A DNA stretch of 63,121 nt, the filler included, from Nemertoderma westbladi (Eukaryota > Animalia > Xenacoelomorpha), in assembly GCA_032718475.1 (NCBI GenBank). It is 3 parts of 3 records of this genome, joined end to end, with 100 filler letters (N's around TTAATTAATTAA, not from the genome) between each part and the next. Parts side by side here need not be neighbours in the genome. Positions count along the whole stretch, not along the records: positions 57,896 to 63,121 come from JAUCBJ010004321.1; 2 more parts are not named here. One strand, 5' to 3'. Each line of letters begins with the position of its first letter. Position 1 is the stretch's first letter. Below, piece by piece: positions 57,896-63,121 of this stretch. The position numbers were made by a program, and so were the translations under genes. The notes under the pieces were generated by a model, which saw only the letters and a list, made by a program, of their open reading frames with translations, had not been told where the DNA came from and did no database searches.

Positions 57896-60800
57896 CCTTT
57901 AAGATGCGTCTCAAGAAAGTCATGGGCTGTCCACCATGCTTATTCACTCCATGAGGCTGCCAAAGTACAAGATTATGCACTGGCTGGTCCTCACGGCGAA
58001 AGCAATGTCCTGCAAAGCGGAGGCGATTTTGTTCTAGTGTCAAGCTTGGGGGAACCAATGAGACACCTCCAATGTTATATAGTGTCTGGTTGGAGATGTG
58101 TGCATTGTACTTGACACAATGAACCCGGCGTAGCATTCTTGTGAATGTGCCATCCAGAGATTTGGTGTCATCAGCAGTTAGAGCCCAGCATGGACTCCCG
58201 TAGAGGAGTACTGGAACTACTGCTGCTCTAAATAATCGGACCTTAAGTTTCCGATTAATTCTCGGTGACTTCCAAATCCTGGAAAGCCTATTCAAGGCTG
58301 CCCATGCCTTTCCCTTACGTATTCGAAGGTCCTCACCTGACTTCCGGATCCATGATCCCAGGTAACAGAAGTCGTCCACATGCTCAAGCATACCATCCTT
58401 TGAGCTTATGCTCATCCGATCAGAGACTTGCTGAGGACTTTCAAAGTTAACTGTCAGAATTTTGGTCTTTCTGGAGTTAATAAAAAGACCAACACTAGAA
58501 GCAGCATGTTCTAATGAGCTGAGGAGCCGTTGGGCTCCCTCTAATGATTCTGAGAGTACTCCTAAGTCATCAGCAAAGTCTAGATCAGTTACGTACTTGG
58601 CAGGATTTCCTCGACTTCTGGAGCCAGTAGGTGGAGTTACCATCACCCCATCATCATTATGATGATCTAAGGACATGCGTAGAACATAGTCAACCACAAT
58701 TATGTACAAGAATGGCGCAAGTGTGTCTCCCTGGAGGACGCCCCATAACACTTCAAATGGTTCTGTGTCACCGTCAACAGTAGACACAGATGTTGTCGAA
58801 CCATCGTATACTGATCTGATTGCTGCAATAATTTCATCAGGAATCCCATATAATGAAAGTATGCTGAACATACGTGAGCGAGGGACTGAATCAAAGGCCT
58901 TGAAGAAGTCAACAAAGATAACAGCCAGATGCCCGTCTTTCTTTTTTGATAACTCTTCAATTATCCTTCTAAGTGCCAAAATGGGCTCCTTGGTCCCACG
59001 ACCTTTACGGAACCCATTCTGATTTCCACGGAGCAGTCTCTCAATGGGATCCCTGATGCGATTTAATAGAGTCCTATTGTTTAGCTTTGCTGCAATCGCA
59101 GATCAATGACATTCCCCGAAAAGAACCATAGAGTGTTAGGTTGCCCTTCTTGGGAACTGGCACCAACTTATTTGTTTTCATTTCTTGTGGGACTCTTGGT
59201 GTTCGGTACATGTCTACTATGATGGGATAGATGAGCTTTAAACACTCAGGTACTTTAAAGACCACAGGGCGAACACCATCTACTCCACTGGCACGATTGG
59301 TCTTAATGCTCTTTGCATCAGCCTTCACTTCTGCAAAGGAGATATCGCCAATGGGAATATCTGGGAGTACAGACTCAGACACTTTTACTTCTATAAAGTT
59401 ATCAGGCAATACCCTGTCATTATTGAGGAGCTTTTCAAAGTGGGCCTTCCAACCATTGAGGCGATCGGCTGGTGATTCAGCCTTAACCTTGGTGGTTGGT
59501 TGGCTAGTTGGTTGGTTGGGTGGCTGGTTGGTCCCCCAGTAAGCAAGTTGATCGATTTCCATGCCTGGGATGATTGCCTGCTGTTGTCAGCATCATTGAT
59601 GGCATCAACCTGTTGGTTTATTAGCTCCTGCAGATTAACAGAGTACTGCCTGTTCAGGGACCTAGATGCAGCCTTAACTGCATTCTTGGCCACTGTAGTC
59701 TGTTCGACTCGGGACACTTTCTGAGCCTTATAGAGGTTATTTCGGCACTTCCAGAACATGAGAAGTGGCAACGGATGATGCGGTTAGAGATTTGGTCTAT
59801 TTTGTCCAATGCTGCATGTGCAGTTGGATTCATTAATAGACCAATTCCACCATTGCCCACTATCATCTGCTGACGCGAGGGCGAGTCGCCAACCGCCCCC
59901 CATGTCCTTAATCAGAACCTCATCAGTCTGTCCAGTCTGCATTCGGTGCTCTTGAACTCCCACTGCGCTAAGAGAAAGCTTATCTGCCAAGGCAGTCAGC
60001 TCACCTTGTCGCATTGGGGTCCCGAGTGTTAGGGTGTTTACTGAGGCTAGTCTTGTGACTTGCCTCAGATTCACCATTGGCTTTGTTGGTCGGGGTGGAA
60101 CATGAGAGTAGCCTCCAACTCCAGAATCCCTCTCCCCATCACAATCTGGCCTTCCTGGTGACCCAGGGTTTGGGCCAGAAAGGTCATCAGGAAAGGGACT
60201 CAAAGAATTGTTGGCTGCTCTCTCTCCAGTAGGGGGTGAGACAGGCAGCCGGTCAGGAGTTAACTGACGCCTGTGAGGCCGATTGTGTCCGGTAATTCCA
60301 CTGGCCTCTAGTGGCCGGACCTCCGCATTGCTAATGTAATCCATAGTGGGGTTGGGGGGTGCTTTTTTGCCGAGTCAGCTCTCGGGGCAAATACCACACC
60401 CTGGTTTGCCATTCCACAGGGTGGGTGTCGCAATGGAGTCAGATATGAGGCCCATCACCCATATCTACTCTGGCGCACATGAACCACCATTGGCTGTTGC
60501 AGCTCATCTGCTGGGTCATGCCCTGTACCCTTGCTGCCAGGTGCAGGTCGCAGTGAAGTGCTCTCAGAGTGGACATGAGAACACTCTACTCCTGACCAGC
60601 CATTGGTAGATCACCATCTGCCTGGTCAGGCCATATACCCCTGCAGCCAAGTATATGGGTCCTTAATCCATGACCAAGGGCGTCCTTATCCCAGAACGAA
60701 GGGGGTCCTAGTTACAGGACCAGATTTGCCCTAGTAAGAGGGTCTATGCAGCTACAGGTGGCACCTCCTTTATGCTGCATGGAGGTGGCAAGTTTTCTTG

Positions 60801-60920
60801 ATCAATGACCTAGAATACCTGACCTGACCATAAAGATGCAGCCACAGCTGGCACCTCCTTTATGCTGCATGGATGGCAAGTTTTCTTGATCAATGACCTA
60901 GAATACCTGACCCGACCATA
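57896..60920 (-). mobile_element. RTE-group (RTE/Proto2-like) non-LTR retrotransposon, frameshifted and internally deleted; 3' end in gap
   Basis: APE start LASVNTLTL...VGVQEHR, GNGGIGLLM. RT: VPVPKKGNL, FVDFFKAFDSV, GVLQGDTLAPFL, LDFADDL, YLGSWI, LLYGSPCW, RLRFAGHCFR. RTE-type 5' motif GGAATGGCAAACC...GTATTTGCC (minus of 60386-60422). Confidence 0.9.
60746..60920. repeat. Direct duplication of about 88 bp at the LINE 5' end
   Basis: ATGCAGC.ACAG.TGGCACCTCCTTTATGCTGCATGGA...GACCATA at 60746 and 60836. Confidence 0.85.
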
Positions 60921-61178
60921 GTAACAAATTTCGCTAACATTTAACCCTAACACCCACATCCCATCTCAAGGAAAAATATGTAACATCCAATATGCCTTAT
61001 AAATTCCAGATCTTGAGAAGTTATCCAAAACTTACTAAATTTTGGCATTTGTGTTTGCTTTTGACTACATATTATTGTAGCATTGCCTTCACATTATATA
61101 ATTACACTTGAAATAATATTAATTAATTATTTAGTTAATATAATATATTATAATAATAATAAATTTCTTTCCATAATT

Positions 61179-61290
61179 ATGAAGCAATTATTGATTCTTA
61201 CATCACTTGTGGCAGTTGGCTACGGTTTGAGTTGCAACAGTGCCTGGGCCAGATGGAAATATGATTGAAGAAGGTTGTGAACTCTGTGTT
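61179..61290 (+). pseudogene. Possible first exon of a small secreted Ly6/three-finger-like protein, frameshifted
   Basis: MKQLLILTSLVAVGYGLSC signal-peptide-like start; the +1 frame continues TVPGPDGNMIEEGCELCV to a GTAAGT donor. Confidence 0.3.
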
Positions 61291-61344
61291 GTAAGTCTTC
61301 GGCAATAAATATTAGACTTTCTGTACAAGTGTAATAGTATGGAA

Positions 61345-63121
61345 GGGGATGGAGACAATCAGACAGGGCGGGGTCCATGGTTCCGGGGATGGAGGCCGTC
61401 AGATAGGGCGGGTCCATGGTTACGGGGATGGAGGCCGTCAGATAGGGTGGGGTCCATGGTTCCGGGGATGGAGGCCGTCAGATAGGGCATGGTCCATGGT
61501 TCCGGGGATGGAGGCCGTCATATAGGGCGGGGTCCATGGTTCCGGGGATGGATGCCGTCAGATAGGGCGGGGTCCATGGTTACTGGGTATGGAGGCCGTC
61601 AGATAGGGCGGGGTCCTTGGTTCCGGGGATGGAGTCCGTCAGATAGGGCGGCATCCATGGTTACGGGAATGGAGGCCGTCAGACAGGGCAGCGTCCATGG
61701 TTGCGGGGATGGAGGCCGCCAGACACGGCGGTGTCCATGGTTATGGGGATGGAGGCCGTCAGATAGGGCGGGATCCATGGTTACGGGGATGGAGGCCGTC
61801 AGATAGGGTGGGGTCCATGGTTCCAGGGATGGAGGCCGTCAGATGTGGCGGGGTCCATGGTTTCGGGGATGGAGACAGTCAGATAGGGCGGGTCCATGGT
61901 TCCGGGGATGGAGACAGTCAGAAAGGGTGGGGTCCATGATTCCGGGGATAGAGGCCATCAGACATGGCTGGGTCCATGGTTCCGGGGATGGAGACCGTCA
62001 GACTGGGCGGAGTCCATGGTTCCGGGGATGGAGGCCTTCAGACAGGGAGGGGTCCATGGTTCCGGGGATGGAGGCCATCAGACAGGGAGGTGTCCATAGT
62101 TCCGGGGATGGAGACCGTCAAGCAGGGCGAGGTCCATGTTTCTGGGGATGGAGACCGTTAAACAGGGCGGGGTCCATGGTTCCGAGGATGGGGAGCCATT
62201 CAGATAGGATGGGTTCCATGGTTCTGGACCGTCAGACAACGTGGAGTTCATGTTTCTTGTGATGGAGGCCGTCAGACAGGGCTTGGTCCATGGTTCTGGC
62301 ATATGGAGACAGTCAAACCTGTCCGGGGTCCATTGTTCTGGGGATGGATACAGTCAGACCGGGCGTGGCCATGGTTCTGGGGGGGATGGAGACAGGCAGA
62401 CAGGGCGGCATCCATGGTTCCGGGGATGGAGGCCATCAGACTGGGCGGGGTCCATGGTTCCGGTGATGGAGGCCATCCGACAAGGTGGGGTCCACGGTTC
62501 TGGCTATGGAGGCCGTCAGACAGGGTGTGGTCCATGGTACCGGGGATGGAGACAGTCAGACAGATCTGGGGTCCATGGTCCTGGGGATGGGGACAGTCAG
62601 ACAGGGCGTGGTCCATGTTTCTGGGGATGGAGACAGGTAGACAGGGATGGGGTCCATGGTTCCAGGGATGGTGACAGTCAGATAGGGCGGGGTCCATGGT
62701 TCCGCGGATTGAGACAATCAGATAGGGCGGGGTCCATGGTTCCGGGGATGGAGAGAGTCAGACAGGGCCGGGGTCCATAATTGCGGGGATGGAGTCCGTC
62801 AAACAGGGCGGGGTCCATGGTTCCGGGGATGGAGGCATTCAGACAAGGTGGGGTCCGCGGTTCTGGGGATGGAGACCGTCAGACAGGGTGTGGTCCAAGG
62901 TCCCGGGGATGGAGGCTGTCAGATAGGGCGGGGTACATGGTTCTGGGGATGGATGCCATCAGATAGGGTGAGGTCCATGGAGACAGTCAGACAGGGCGGG
63001 GTCCATGGTTCTGGGGATGGAGGCTGTCAGATAGGACGGGGTACATGGTTCCGGGGATGGATGCCATCAGATAGGGCGAGGTCCTTAGTTCCAGGCATGG
63101 AGACAGTCAGACAGGGCGGGG
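61345..63121. repeat. 40-bp G-rich minisatellite, about 44 copies, runs off the window end
   Basis: Consensus GGGGATGGAGGCCGTCAGA(T/C)AGGGCGGGGTCCATGGTTCC. Confidence 0.97.

Noticed and set aside
61489-62966. Many overlapping ORFs in the 40-bp array
   Set aside because: Period is not a multiple of three, so frames cycle; repeat artefacts.

Overview
AT-rich animal (invertebrate-type) genomic scaffold with two 100-bp N gaps carrying an artificial TTAATTAATTAA spacer. Host genes: an intronless single-domain membrane ACE (6148-8187), an intronless OTU+Tudor deubiquitinase (OTUD4/ALG13/otu family, 17760-20648), two exons of a divergent GABA-B-like class C GPCR, and an orphan TM7/helix-8 exon of a class A peptide GPCR. 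About two thirds of the window is mobile or repetitive DNA. (1) The 3' end of an LTR retrotransposon whose last ORF encodes a DEDDy 3'-5' exonuclease-like domain plus three CCHC knuckles. (2) An intact CRE-type non-LTR element with an N-terminal Ulp1/SENP protease. (3) hAT and Harbinger-type MITEs, a Sola1-like remnant, and a Penelope remnant with an inverted end carrying a variant hammerhead core. (4) An internally deleted BEL/Pao element whose non-env accessory ORF, PPT and LTR stub are amplified as six 1892-bp tandem units. (5) An RTE-group LINE with a structured 5' UTR, and 36-bp and 40-bp G-rich minisatellites. The best candidates for something undescribed are the retroelement cargo ORFs: the exonuclease/knuckle ORF, the BEL accessory ORF and the CRE-Ulp1 fusion. 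All family calls come from motif recognition by eye; no database search was run.
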